64,000 bases of DNA from the human T2T-CHM13v2.0 reference genome, Homo sapiens (GCA_009914755.4 CP086569.2:17440001-17504000); one strand, 5' to 3'; positions 26,363 through 40,298 are shown, counted from the first letter of the stretch. Notes: generated from the sequence alone by a model not told the origin. Made by a program: numbers and translations.

Positions 26363-27014
26363 CCCAAGTTTCTAGATGCTGCCTATATTCCTTGGCTTGT
26401 GGCCTCTTTTCAGTGAACAATAGCATCACTCCAATCTCTGCTTCTAGTTTTTCCTTATAAATCCCTTGATTACACTGGACCAATGTGGGTCATCCAGGAT
26501 CATCTCCACACTTTTAGGTTATATCTGCAAAGTCCCCTTTGCCCTTTCATGTAGCATATCCACAGGCACCAAGAATTATGACTTGGGCATATTTGTGACA
26601 AGGTGTATTTTGCTACACCAAGCTCTAGATTTCATTTTAGATTCTGGACAGCTGCAGAGCCTTAGAAAGGAAAATTGTGAACCCATATAAGTGTTCTTTT
26701 CAGAAAAAAAGGAATCATTGGTAAGAATCAGGATGACTACATAAACACATTTCATGTCCAACACACCCACTGCCCCAAGAATGGGGAGTGAGAACATGGT
26801 CTCATTCACTGTGGTCACTCTTTTACTTATACTTCTGGTCATTACTAGTAGGTATTCAATAATTAAGTAAAGCCCAAATAAATAAAATAGTAGTCAAAGC
26901 CTCTAAAACATGCTGATTCAAAAGGTAGACTGGTACCTAATTCTTGCAAATAATTTCCCCAAAATTGAAGAAGAAAAAGAGGTAGTTATTTGCCATGGTA
27001 AAAAGAGCAATAGT

Positions 27015-27026
27015 TTTTGTTTTGTT

Positions 27027-27057
<31 letters not shown>

Positions 27058-27350
27058 TTTGTTTATTTTGAGACAGGGTCTTGCTCTGATACCCAGGCTT
27101 GAGTGTAGAAATACAGTCCTAGATTACTGCAGCATCAAACTCCTGGGCTCGAGCTACCCCATCACCTTAGTCTCTTAAGTGACTGGGACTACAGGTATGC
27201 ACTACTATGCCTGGGTACTTTTGCTTTTTGTAAAGATGAGGTTTCACTATATTGCCCAATCTAGCTTTGAATGCCTGGCCTCAAGTGATCATCCTACACC
27301 AGCCCCGCAAACTGCTGGGATTACAGATGTTAGCCACTGTACCCTGCCCC
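27015..27350 (-). mobile_element. Alu (AluJ-like), minus orientation, with a (TTTA)n tail expansion at 27015-27067.
   Basis: (ttta)n followed by ttttgagacagggtcttgctctgatacccaggcttgagtgtag. Ends ..gctgggattacagatgttagccactgtaccctgcccc. Confidence 0.85.
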
Positions 27351-28204
27351 ATATATTTTTCTAAATTTATATATTTATTTTTAATTTTTTTTAAAAAAAC
27401 ATAAACTACACATATTTATTCAAAAATATGACTGCAAGAGCAAAAGTAACAAATTGTGCATTAACTGATTTGTATGAAGCACCAAAAAAAGTCAAATGTA
27501 CAGAAGCAGAGAGGAGAGTAAATTTCAGTTCTGCAGGATGACGCTGGTTAATAACATTGTTGATGTCTGTTGTGAGACCTTAGTTTTTGTCTTCTTAGTT
27601 TAAAATAATTTAAACAAGAGACACATAGTAAAGGAGATACACCATAGAATAATTTATTGCAAATTAAAAAGAATATTTTGAAAATTAAGTGTAGAATAGA
27701 CAGGTAATACACACTGAGAGAGAGAGGATTCAGGTGGGCTGCTTTTAAGGATGAGACAGTATTGATTATTGCTGGAGAAACTCCCTTTATGGAATCTTAT
27801 ATAATGATTCATAAGGATGTGGGAGAGGTGTTGCTAGTAAGCATTTTCTGGGTGGTCCTTCGGGCACAAATGCATGGTAGCTGTACTTGCTTGTTCATGG
27901 GTCGCAGGTCTCATTAACATCTTATATCTCCACCCAGGGGTGTGTATTTTACTATTACAATGAGCCAAGGGTCATCATTCCCAGATGGGACTATCTACTC
28001 CGATGACAGGTAATATCAAAGTGGACATTCTCTCTGCAGCGTGAAGTCCCTACTGAAGATAGCTTTGCTTGAATGAGCTCAATTACAATACCAATGCTGA
28101 GACTGATTGTGTTGATTGTATGATCCCCATGGTTGCTACATCTCCAGGACATGGTCACTTTCTTAACTACCTATCCTGCCTAAACACAATATTACATATT
28201 TGAA

Positions 28205-28280
28205 GTTTGCTAAGAGAATAGATGTTCTCACCACACACACATGCACACATGTGCACACACACAAAAACACACACGCACAC
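28205..28280. repeat. Imperfect CA-rich microsatellite: (CA)n interrupted by TG/AT.
   Basis: cacacacacatgcacacatgtgcacacacacaaaaacacacacgcacac. Confidence 0.7.
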
Positions 28281-29194
28281 TAAGTATGTGAGGTAGCAGA
28301 CATGCTAATTAGCTTGATGCTGGTAATCATGTCACAATGTTCACATATATCAAAACAGCATAGTATACTGTAAGAAGATGTGTAATGGTTAATATTGAGT
28401 GTCAACTTGACTTTTTTGAATGATGCAAAGTATTGTTCCTGGGTGTGTCTCTGAGAGTGTTCCCAAAGGAGATTAGTGGACTCAGATTTGAGTCAGTGGA
28501 CTGGGAGAGGGAGACCCACCTTCAACCTGGGTGGGCACCATCACATCAGCTGCCCATGTGGCTAGGATAAAAACAGGCAGAGGAATGTGGAAGGACTAGA
28601 ATGGCTGAGTCTTCCAGCCTACATCTTTCTCTCATGCTGGGTGCTTCCTGCCCTAAAGCACTGGACTCCAAATTGTTCAGCTCTTGGACTCTTGTACATT
28701 CAACCACAGATTAAAGGTTGCACTGTCAGCTTCTCTACTTTTGAGGTTTTGGGACTGAGACTGGCTTCCTTGCTCCTCAGCTTGCAGACAGCCTATTGTG
28801 GGAGTTCATCTTGTAAAGTCTTTATCATGTAAGTCAATACCCCGTAACAAACTCCCTTTTACATATACTTCTATCCTATTAGTTATTTTCCTCTGCAGAA
28901 CCATGACTAATACAATATGCAATTCCTATTTTTATTTACACTTCAATAAATCTAAAAATGTCAAAAATAAAAAAGGCAAAACACTGACCAGTAGCATTAT
29001 ATCTCTCCACCCCCAAAAGCCAGAACTAAAGTAGCTAAAGTCATTCATAAGCACTAAAGTGAAGGAAGTTGTGCCTATAAACTACACACAAGCATCATCC
29101 ATTCCCAAGAAATTGAAACAACTGAAGCCAATGGGAACATGTGTTAAGCGGGACTGATATGGACTGAATATCTGTCTGCCTCCAAATCCCTGTC

Positions 29195-29520
29195 TTAAAA
29201 TTTTCAGCCACAAGGTGGCGGCAATAGGGACTGGGGGTTTCTAGGACATAAGATGATGAGGGTGGAGCCTCATGAATGGGATGAGTGTTCTTGTAAAATG
29301 GATGTTAGAAAGCTTCCTTGCCCCTTGTACCATATGAGGAGAGAGCAAGAAGGTGCCATCTATGAACCAGGAAACAGGTCCCCACCAGCGACTGAATCTT
29401 TCTTACACTGACCCTGGACTTCTAGCCTCCAGAATTGTAAGCAATAGAGTTTAACTGTTTATAATCCACTCAGTCTATGTCATTTTGTCATACTAGCCCC
29501 AAGAGACTTAGATAGGAATT
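29195..29520 (+). mobile_element. MST/MLT-like MaLR solitary LTR.
   Basis: ..gggtggagcctcatgaatgggatgagtgttcttgtaaaatgg..accatatgaggagagagcaagaaggtgccatctatgaaccaggaaacaggtcc..ctggacttctagcctccagaattgtaagcaatagagtttaactgtttataatccactcagtctatg. Confidence 0.55.
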
Positions 29521-30371
29521 TCAGTGCATGATTGTGTATTCAAATTTTTAGTTTAATTATCTTTGTAAACCTGTTGTGTTTACTGAAACTGCTTTTGATG
29601 GAGCACATTTTCTTATTTGAGAAACATGGTTTCCGACATTTCTCTGTGAAGAATTTAGCCAAAGGATTGAGATGTTTCTTTTAATTTTTAAATTTTCTTC
29701 TGTTTACAACAGTAGTTGTTATCTCATTACATTTTATCTTTGTATGAAAATATTATAGTAACAAAATGGAATGCTTGAAAGAAAAATGTCTGATAGAGTC
29801 TATAAAATATTATCTACTTTTAATATTTCTGCACTGACTAAATGAAAATGATGGAAGATTAATGTGGTCAAAAACATTTGCGGATAAATTGTTCAATATA
29901 TGAGTGTGCTCTAAATAAAGTCCTTTCTCTATCAAAAATATTCTTGGTCACAGAGGATATACAATTCAAAGGAAATCAAAATAACTATACCTGCAGTTCT
30001 GTTGTCTTCAATTGCTCTACCTGGATTGGTAATGATATTGAGCATCTTCCCTTGGGATACTTTTGGTTTTGATGTAAACATTTTTAATTTGTTAAATCTC
30101 CAATAAAATCCAGGCCAGTGTCTGGGTCTCGAAGGTGGGACTAGAAAATAACAGTGAATATGTTCTTTTGGGGTGGCTATAGGCTCTTGTCCCCCAAACG
30201 TTTGCTAAAAATCACTGGCATGAGGTAGATTGATTAATAGGAGACAGGACATACAAATTTCTCTAATGTGTCTACATGGGTGCCTTCAGAATGGAGATCC
30301 CAAACCCCACTGAGGGCCAGAAGCTTAAATACAGTCTTGAAAGAATTAGGACTTGGATCCCGGTAGAACAG

Positions 30372-30729
30372 TGTATTAGTCTTTCCTCACGCTTCTAATA
30401 AAGACATACCTGAGACTGGGTAATTATAAAGGTAAAACATTTAATGCACTCACAGTTCCACATGGCTGGGGAGGCCTCACAATCATGGTGAAAGGTGAAA
30501 GGCACGTCTCACATGGCAGTAGGCAAAGAGAATGAGAACCAACCAAAAGGGGTTACTCCTTATAAAACAATTATATATTGTGAGACTTTTTCACTACTGC
30601 AAGAAAAATATGGGGGAAACTGCCTGCATGATTCAATTATGTGCCACTGGTCCCTCCCACATCATGTGTGAATTATCGGAGCTACTAATCAAGATAAGAT
30701 TTGGGTGGGGACACAGCCAAACTATATCA
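30372..30729 (-). mobile_element. THE1-like MaLR solitary LTR, minus orientation.
   Basis: gtgtattagtctttcctcacgcttctaataaagacatacctgagactgggtaattataaagg..cacagttccacatggctggggaggcctcacaatcatggtgaaagg..agataagatttgggtggggacacagccaaactatatca is the rc of the 17923 and 47180 copies. Confidence 0.6.
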
Positions 30730-32136
30730 AAGGAGTTATGAGAAAGGGAGAAAAGGAATTCTGTGGAGTGGAAATATGATTGTTAGGGAGAATAATTGAA
30801 TATATTGAATATGGAACAGAGATTAACTTAACTGGGTAACTTAATTTAATTGATCTTTGGAAATAGTCATTATAAAAAGGTCTCCTCTGGTGTGGCCACA
30901 CCTTGATTTTGTTTTCTTCAGTAAATAATGAGGTAGTAGAGAAGTGGAGAAAGAACAACTGTTACCTTTGGTGGCTCTGAACCTTAGGCAGACAAAGAAA
31001 CTTCAGCTTCTTTGGGAGAGACAGCGAGAGGTGTGGGGAGGGTAAGAGAGATCTTGAAGCTTCTTAGCTTGAGCACGTCAAAACACCATATTTTGGAGCA
31101 TAAGTTTCTAAGCTCCAAAATTTTCAATAATAATGTTTGGGAAGAAGCCCATTTATAAAATAATCCTTGGAATTCAGAAGATAGACTTGAGAATATCAAG
31201 TATAGAATATAGGTTTGAGCTCCAACTTTATTTGGAATTATTTTCATCATGAGTTTATGTAAAAGCAAGATGATTTATGCTAACGTTCATTGATTAACTC
31301 ATTAAAAAAAATCCTGAACATAGGGTAATGAAATATCCATTAAACACTGCATTCCAGACTAAAGCATGTTATTTGGGGGAGATGTTTGATAATCTGTAAA
31401 TACAAACAAATATGTTTCACATGAACTTTCATACATAAAAATGAATTCATAAAGTATTTATAATCAACCCACTGTAATTCCCCAATTGTGGGCAATAAAC
31501 AATAGAAGGAGTGTGTCTCATGAAGTGCATGGGGCAGTTCATTGTGATTTAATGGTTGACATTTGAGTGATGGGACATCCCCTCAGAGGTATATAATAAT
31601 AAACAAGAGTGAAAACATAGACATGAAGCACAACCGTAGTTTAGGGATAAGCTTCAATTAGGTATTTCTAGAGACTCAAACCATTGATATAATCTGTTTT
31701 GGAAATGTTTCTCTATCAACTGTTGGATACAGAAAGACAAACCCAAGATCAAATGGCATTCCACTTAGTAAGTGGATATTGCAATGAATTTATACCTCAG
31801 AACTTCTGAAAGTGTTTGCAGTATCTGGGAGTCCAAAATCAGAATAACACAAACAAACTGTAAGAAAAATAACTGCAAGAATTGTGCATTTGAATAGGTG
31901 CAGGAGTGGAAAATTAATATATTTAACCAAATGTGTCTGATTTTCTTGAGCTATCTTTTGCTTTCAAATATCAGCAGTGCTAATGACTGTCAGCTTTACT
32001 GAGGTCACCATTACAATGAGAAACTACATTTCTCATGCTGACTCAATGTGGAGTTGATGTTCACACCATCATCTCTACAGGGCAGGGAACCTTAGGGTTA
32101 TTCATGTGTGCTTATAAGAGAGAAACAGCAAAGAAC

Positions 32137-32512
32137 CTGTATTGGTCCATTGTCACACTGCTATAAAGAACTATCCTACCTAAGACTGGATAATTTATAA
32201 AGAAAAAAGATTTAATTGACTCAAAGTTCCACCTGACTAGGGAGGCCTAAGAAAACTTACAGTCATGGCAAAAGGCAAAGTGGAAGCAAGACACATCTTA
32301 CATGATGACAGGAGTGACAGAAAGACCAAAAAGGCAAGTGACACCTTTAAAGTGTCAGATGTTATGAGAATTCACTCATTTTCATGAGAATAGGATGAGG
32401 GAAACCACGTTCATGATCCAATTGCTTCCCACATGATTCCTTCCTGGATACATGGGGATCATAATTCAAGATGAGATTTGAGTCAGGACACAGAGTCAAA
32501 CCATACCAGAAG
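32137..32512 (-). mobile_element. THE1-like MaLR LTR, minus orientation, more diverged.
   Basis: ctgtattggtccattgtcacactgctataaagaactatcctacctaagactggataatttataaag..caaagttccacctgactagggaggcctaagaaaacttacagtcatggcaaaaggc..caagatgagatttgagtcaggacacagagtcaaaccatacc. Confidence 0.5.
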
Positions 32513-34569
32513 GGGTTTCTCAAAATGAAAAACTAAACTACAATTCTGAAATAATGAGTTCCAATCCCACATTCTCTATTGCATTTCTATTCAATTCATT
32601 CCCTGAAGGTCCCTGATTCCTGTAAGCCATGCCAGGTCATAGGGCTAGTCTATACATCTATCTAAAAGGTGAAATTCTTTAATGTGAAATTCTGGTTATT
32701 CATGGAAGTAGTTCCAGGGTGATCTGATCTTTGAGAACAGCATAACCTATATTTAAATATCTAAAAGAGTAAGTAAAAAGTCAAATCAATACAATTTACT
32801 ACTTGCAACAGTAGAATAAGATAATATAACATTACAGATATAATCTATTATAAAAGTAATTCCTAACATTCCTTTATTTTATTTTTAATTGACAATAATT
32901 GTACATACTTATGGGGCACAATATGATATGTTCATATATGTTTACACTGTAGAATGATTGCATTAAGCTAATTCACAAATCCCTACCTCACTTCCCTTTC
33001 ATTTTCTTAATGAATTTCATTGTAGAAGGTGGAATTTTCAACAGCATACATAATTCGGGTCTCATTAAGAAGGCCTGTATTTATATGCACAAACTTGTCT
33101 TAGCATCTATCTAACTTAACTGGTGTGGTAGGTCAAATTGGGCATGTTTGTCATGATGATAAAGTGGTATGCAGACCTGGTCAGGACAGAAGGCAATCTG
33201 TATATTGCTAGTTCAGAGACCATATTTTGAGAAAGCCTGGCTTAAGAAATAGGAAAAGCAAATTTTTGAAAAATTTGTAAAGTGGTAAGAATGTCATTTG
33301 GTAAAATTAATGCATTAATTTGTCCCCAAGATTATTGGATATAACTGACTGCTGTAGTTGGGTAATTTCTTAATGACTACAAAGTGAAAACAACATTTTT
33401 ACACTTGATATTGCTTCATTTCAGGCAATATCATTATTGAACCCATCAAACATTTTAAATAATAACAGTTCAGTATGACCTCTGAAATATGATAAAAATA
33501 ACAATTTGTGTTGACTCTTACAGAAAATGTTCTTTGCTGAAAACACATTTAACAACTCTGTGTAACTATTCTTATAAAATCAAGCAGTATTAAATATGTT
33601 CTTTATGCAAAATATGTTATGACAAAAAGCATTATTCAGCATCCATTATAAAGGAAGTTTTTGAAAACTAAATGGAAACACTTACAATCAAAGCAGGGTA
33701 GCTAGGCAAATAGACAGCCATGCCTGTATAACAGAAAAATGGAAGTGGTAATTAAGGCAAAGAGAAAAACTCTGAAACAAATGACAGCAGTTTTGTACAA
33801 GGATGTCCTAATTCAAAGTTTTTCTCAATAGCTTACCATAATGTTATTCTAAATATTGTATGGATGCTTATTGCTTTAAATAAATTTTCAGAAGAGTATT
33901 TCACAGCATAATTAATCCTTTCATTATGTCTGCACCGAAAATTAAGCTAAAATCATTGCCACAAATTTATAAAAATGCAAGGAAATTAAAATAGTTTTCT
34001 AAATGTAGAATACACACACAGTAGACCTTCTCACTTCAAAAAAAATCTTCTGTTTAAAATTAAAATTTTGCTCTACAGAATGAAGCTGTTCTTTGATTTC
34101 TTTGTCCTCTTTCATGATAATTACCTCTACTTTTACTTTAATATCCTGGGAAGGATATTAAATACCATTTGTAAATAACATTTTTCAAGTATTTCTTAAT
34201 AAACTATTCTCTTTTTATTATGCAATGACAGTGGCATGTGTATGCATGTATTTATAAACGTAAAATGTAAATACCAACACCTCACCAAGGCAAGTAATAA
34301 GCAGATCTATTTTTTTCTTTCCAGCACTGTGTTCCCTTAACATAGCACTAAACATATTTTCAAGAAAATTATTTAAGAAATTTCTGTAAATACACTGCCA
34401 TCTTCCTATGATTGCATGAGATATTTCCTCAGCCATATATGTTACACCTACTACAGTGAACATAAGCACTTAGGCTAGCTTACCTTAACAGAACTCTGAC
34501 ATTAGCTTACAGTTGGACAAAATCACCTAACACAAAGCCTATTTCATCAGAAAGTGTTGAATATCTTAC

Positions 34570-34571
<2 letters not shown>

Positions 34572-34620
<49 letters not shown>
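34572..34620. repeat. Pure poly(A) of about 49 nt.
   Basis: Counted directly in the sequence. Confidence 0.95.
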
Positions 34621-34625
<5 letters not shown>

Positions 34626-35384
34626 AATACAGGTTGTCACTGGGCAGAGTAGAAATGTATAAGTAGCATCTGTTTAGTTTTGGGGGGATGCCTTAGGATC
34701 ATGATATTTCACTCTAAAAAAGCAAATATCACATAAAATATTTTAACATTTCAGAAATCTGTGGAGTCAATTGTGTTTTTCAAAAGGATGGTGGACTCTT
34801 CTCAGCAGTAGATTACAGAAGTGCTAATCTCTACAACAAGATGCAGGACAGTTCTGAACTTAGAATTGTCCCTTGACTTCACACTTTTCACAGATTTCCC
34901 TAGACGTATACATAGGTGAAAAATCTGTTTATAACTATTCAAGTATGGAAGCTAAACCCATTTCACTGATGATGATGAATAATGTTTTGCATGCTTCTCA
35001 TACACACTGAATTTTCAAGGAACACAATTATGGAACTGTAAAAAAAAATGTTTTGTTCTATTAAATTCATTTGTAAGTGAATATTTCTTTCCAGATAAAA
35101 TAATAGCAAAGTTCATGTAAGTTGCAAGGAAATTCTATTTGAAATAATGACTGTTTCTATACTATTAACATTCTCACACAAGTGGTCATGTTTTCTTGAT
35201 TACAGTGTAAAATCTCCTTTGAATTCTGCTCCCCAGTGAAAACATTGTCTGTCTTTCAAATCTAATTATGTCGGTAGGTAAAGGTGAATGTTCATTTGTG
35301 ATTTCCTGTCACTAATTTTATTTTCCCTTAGCATGGGAAAGCAATCAGGGAGATACTTCCTTCATTGAAGAGGATTATTTAAAA

Positions 35385-35440
35385 AACAAAGAAACAACAA
35401 CAACAACAACAAAAAACAAAAAACAAAAAACATAGATCCT
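35385..35440. repeat. (CAA)n/(AAAAC)n simple repeat.
   Basis: aacaacaacaacaacaacaaaaaacaaaaaacaaaaaac. Confidence 0.8.
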
Positions 35441-35879
35441 TGAGAATAATGAGACTTTAATTCAATTTTTGTTTTATTTGTCCTCTACATGCACTGCTAC
35501 AATGTGAAAATGCCAACTGCATCTATTTTCCATTACTTCTATTAAGCTTTACTATTTTGGAAATTTAAATGGTATAAACACTTTATAATCAATGATTATA
35601 TGGTTTTACATCCTACAAAAACAGAGAGAGACAGAGAGAGACAGAGAATAATGCAATTTGGGATACTCAAATTTCCACAGTTTACACCTCCTTTAAAATC
35701 TCACTGGCTAGAGTAAGAAGCAACACAAAAAGATTTTTGAACACATGGCAAGAACTTGACCCAAGAGATGAATATACTATATTTTTTCATGCAATTTCCA
35801 GAAGCCTATTATCTGAAGAGGTGCCTTAAAGCAACCTGTCATTTATGAATTGCTTCAAATATATAATTCCAAAAATATT

Positions 35880-36025
35880 GAATGTGCTTATGAAAGAGTT
35901 TCCCTGACCAGACTTAGCTAGGGTCAGAGTAGTTCCAAACTTTAAATCACCATAAGTACCTATCTTAAACAAATTGCAATAAAATGGCACTGAAAGAAGA
36001 ATTCTTTTAAAATAGTTACAGAATC
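35880..36025 (-). repeat. Copy A of a ~140-bp dispersed or inverted repeat. Its partner lies at 39040-39180.
   Basis: The rc of this segment (..ctgtaactattttaaaagaattcttctttcagtgccattttattgcaatttgtttaagataggtacttatggtgatttaaagtttggaactactctgaccctagctaagtctggtcagggaaactctttcat) is ~80-85% identical to 39040-39180. ORF-track peptides 35826-36149(-) and 39069-39341(+) share the stretch TYGDLK.GTTLTL.KS.Q.NSFI. Confidence 0.65.
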
Positions 36026-36504
36026 TTCCTGTAAAAGTATAAAAACTGAAAAAGAACATAAGAGAGATAGGAGAGAAGGATAGTTTTGTCTGAAAAAATG
36101 GAGAATGAGAGTGATTTAAGCTCCAAGCAGCAAAGCCATGTTTTACCATGCTTTACCTTCCCCTGGCCTTTCACCTAATTAATGCATGAGAAAGAAATAC
36201 AGAGATGATTTCCACACAAACTGCCAAACAGCCACAGTTCTAAAATGTAGAACACCTTGGAAAATTTCTTCATTGGCCACATCTCCAATCATTGAGGCTG
36301 CCCTTTGCAGTTTAGCAGAGGGTCTTTAAGAGAACAAGAAACATGAATAAACTGCAAAATATTGGGACATTATTCCTAGTGAAATAAGCCAAGCCCTGTG
36401 ATCTCACCTGTTCATGGAATCTAAAAACAGAAATAAAACTCACAGAAGCAGAAAATAGAATGGTGGTTACGGAGCTGGAGCAGGGGAGATGATGTGTAGA
36501 TATT

Positions 36505-36700
36505 GGATAAAGGAAACAAAGTTATCAAGGATATCAGTTAAATGAAACAAAGTTATCAAGGTTATTAGTAAAAGGATACAGAGTTATCAAGAGTATTGGT
36601 TAAAAAAACAGAGTTATCAAGGATATTGGTTAAAGGACACAAAGTTATTAAAGATACTGGTTAAAGGAAACAAAGTTATCAGGCATAATGGTTAAATAAT
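36505..36700. repeat. Minisatellite of about 5-6 units of ~37-39 bp: ggttaaagga.acaaagttatcaaggatattg.
   Basis: Tandem units are seen directly: ..aaacaaagttatcaaggatatcagttaaatg / aaacaaagttatcaaggttattagtaaaagg / atacagagttatcaagagtattggttaaaaa / aacagagttatcaaggatattggttaaagg / acacaaagttattaaagatactggttaaagg / aaacaaagttatcaggcataatggttaaat. Confidence 0.8.
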
Positions 36701-37053
36701 GCAAAGTAAGGCTACTGGAAAAATGACAGGAAGTTAGGGTGAATAATTTCTGAAGATCTATTGTACAGTATGATGACTATAGTTAATAATTATGTATTGT
36801 ATTCTTAAAAATTGCTAGGAGTAGATTTTAAGTGTCCCCATCAAAAACCATGATAACTCTGTGAGGAGATGGCTATGCTAACTAGCTTGATTTAATAATT
36901 TCACAATGTACACACATACCAAAGAACTGTGATATACTCCACAAGTAAATGCATTTTTTTGTCAACTAAAATATTTAAAACACAAATTTATCATATTAAA
37001 ATTCCAAGAAACAGCACAATTATATAAAGACAGGTCAGAACATTAAATGTAAT

Positions 37054-37364
<311 letters not shown>

Positions 37365-37373
37365 TTAAATGTG

Positions 37374-37715
37374 GCCAGGTGTGGTGGCTCATGCCTGTAA
37401 TACCAGGACTTTGGGAGGCCGAGGTGGGAAGATCACTTGAGGCCAGGAGTTTGAACCACCCTGGGGTATGTGGTGAAACCCCATCTCTACCAAAATACAA
37501 AAATGAGCTAGGCATGGTGGTGGGCACCTGTAGTCCCAGATACTTACGAGGCTGAGGCAGGAGAATCAATTGATCCTGTGAAGCAGAGGTTGCAGTGAGC
37601 TGAGATCATGCCACTGTTGGAATGATTTGAGGCCTATAGTGGAAAAGGAAATATCTTTCCTTTTCCAGCCTGGGCAACAGAGTGAGACTCTCTCTCAAAA
37701 ACAAACAAACAAAAC
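37374..37715 (+). mobile_element. Alu, plus orientation, carrying a ~50-bp non-Alu insertion (37617-37668) in its right arm.
   Basis: Begins ggccaggtgtggtggctcatgcctgtaataccaggactttgggaggccgaggtgggaagatcacttgagg. After ..gagatcatgccactg comes the insertion ttggaatgatttgaggcctatagtggaaaaggaaatatctttccttttc, then cagcctgggcaacagagtgagactctctctcaaaaacaaac. Confidence 0.9.
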
Positions 37716-39039
37716 ACTAAATGCTGTGGAATAAATCATTCAGTAGAGATGGATATCAAAAAAAATTGTCTAGTGCCAAAGTAAGGAAGTGGGAAATGGG
37801 GGATGATAAAACAGATAAAATATATTGTCAGTATGAATTATGCAACCATTTTTTTTGTGAAAGGAGTGTGCATAAAGATGAACGTGAATGGTCCTCAGGG
37901 TACAGGGTTGTTTTATGAAGGTAGAATTCACGGTAGAGAATTTATTTATATTATCTTCTAAAAGTATCCACTCTTGGTAAGTTGTTTTTGCTGTTTATTT
38001 TTGTCCATTCGTTTTCACATAATATGCCCCTGGAGGAAAGAGTGTAGAAGTGTTAGCTGGAGCAAGGAGTGAAGGTAAATTTAAAGTCATTCCCTAATTT
38101 CGTAACAAGAAAGGAGCTGTAAAGGAAAGAGGGTAGGATTTTGACACAGGTACACCTCTTGCATCGCTTTGTTGAGCTAAATCTGCAGAAAAGAAAAAAA
38201 AAAGGAAAACAATAATTACCTACATGTGACATTTGTAAGAACCAGGTGGGTTATATAACAGTCCCTGATATATTACAAGTGTTCAGTGTGCTATTACGAC
38301 TATAATGATGGCTAGACCAACTGGTACAGTGGACTTCTTTAAAGTTCAATATGCAGGAGGATCAAAGTGTGTGATAACTTGACTTACAAGAAATTCACAA
38401 TCTTTAAAAAGGTATCTGTTACTTGGGTATGTTTCCAGGCCCTGCATCCATCACAATTCCTTTCATTAATTAGAAGGCTTTGCATTAAAAGGAAAATGTA
38501 CCTTTCCTTGGTGCAACTCTAAATAAGAAAAATAAATCTGAACAAGAGACAAGAGCATTCCCACCACAACAATTGCCTGAACACTTGCCCAGAGACATTC
38601 AAAATTATGAAACTCAATAATTAGCACTGAAATCAAAGAAAATTTGAATCATCTCTACCAGTAGGAAAAGTATGTCTGCTCTCTGCACTAACCCGAAATT
38701 CCTACTTCACTCAATAGGTCCCACTTTTAAAGGCCACCTGTTAGGACTTGGTCAAATGTATTAAACAGGAAGTTTTCGCCTGACATAATCAGACAACTTG
38801 CATTAGCAATGTATCCATGACTAATCCTTAAACAAGGAATGTTGAGAATTGTCTGTTGCATTGACTATAAGTACCCTGTATGTTGTTTTGGTCAGTTCAC
38901 TTGCCAGATAAACCAAGAGAGTAATTGATTAGTTTGTACAAACCAATATGTGATCTATTGTCGAGAAGGAAACACTTTTCTTATAGCTTACTGACTTCTT
39001 GATGTAATTTAGAAATGTTTATGTTAAAGTAAACATTCT

Positions 39040-39180
39040 GCAACCATTTTAAAGCAATTCTACTTTCAGTGCTATTTTATTACAGTTTGCTTAAGATGAG
39101 TACATATGGTGATTTAAAACCTGGAACTACTCTGACTTTAACCAAATCTGCTCAGAGAAACTCTTTCATAATTTCTTATA
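39040..39180 (+). repeat. Copy B of the ~140-bp repeat, inverted relative to copy A at 35880-36025.
   Basis: cattctgcaaccattttaaagcaattctactttcagtgctattttattacagtttgcttaagatgagtacatatggtgatttaaaacctggaactactctgactttaaccaaatctgctcagagaaactctttcat. Confidence 0.65.
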
Positions 39181-40295
39181 TAGAATGTTTTGTTTGCTCA
39201 AGGTTTGTATGCATCATGTGTTATTCTAGTTGTTGGCAATTCTTCTTAATTCTTAGTAATATTATTCTGCTTTTTCAATCTGAACTGATTTTTCTTTCGT
39301 ATGTGATCTTTCATCCTAATATTTTCCTCCCTGTTTCTTGAGTTTTGAAAGAAACATTAGAAAATGTGCAAAGTTTTATGTTAGGAAGAAGTGAGACACA
39401 TACAAAAACCTGCATAGTGTGCAGAATAAGAATGACAGATCTAAAAGAACATGGAAATATTTTGCTCTGTGACCATATAAGAGAATAGACACTGGATCTA
39501 CCACGTCTAAACAGAAAGCTTCCAAGTGCTGAAAAATGACTAAGTGATCACCGTGTTTGGAAGTATGGCAACAATATTGAAGAGGTTAAAACTTTCAGAG
39601 TAGGATGTTAATCAACATGGTACCCTGAGAGGAAAATTAATGTTGTTGGTAGCAATATTTACCAATTATCTACCATGTATTAGAGATTGAATCACTGCAA
39701 TCATATGATGCACGGATTAGAGGTTGTGTTAATAAATGAAAAGAACCTGAAAATTTAGCTCCTAAACCCATACGATTTTCACAGAATAATTATTATTTTC
39801 ACAGATTATTACTGAGTGCTATTGGAAATTCTCCTAAATTCTTAATTTTTTACTTCTCAATAAAAATTATCCTCTTTTAACAATCTGAAAGGATTTTTAC
39901 TTTACAGTCTCTTATTCCAAAGTTTGCCTTCACTGTTTCCTGGATTGAATCAATTATGTTTTAGAATCTGGGTTTCATTTACGTGATGTTTTGTTTTTTC
40001 CTGTACAGTATTCTGTGAAAATCTCATGTGTTTAGTAGCCAAATTTTCAGATTATTTCCAATTCTAAGAGAAACCTGAGTTATCCAGCAAGACACATGAC
40101 TGAAGTGGGTATCAGCACCATTTTGCATTGCCTTCTGGAAAGACTCTAGCCACCCCACCCCCCTTTTTATTTATCTCCACTCCTCATTGATTTGTGCCTC
40201 ACCCCCCGGGCTTATTTCAGATTTATTAAATAACTAAGAAGTTCAATTAATAAAGCAGTTCTACTTGGCTCATCATAGGTTCCTGGGGAGGTGTT

Positions 40296-40298
<3 letters not shown>

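Noticed and set aside
25505-28000. The ~25-bp match catcattcccagatgggacta[c/t]cta at 25519 and 27975.
   Set aside because: It is too short to distinguish a fragment of a dispersed repeat from chance. No extended homology is visible around either copy.
36505-36700. A possible CRISPR-like array, given the regular ~38-bp repeats.
   Set aside because: The units are directly tandem with no interspersed unique spacers. The surrounding DNA is primate repeat-rich sequence. There are no cas genes and no prokaryotic context. It is a minisatellite.
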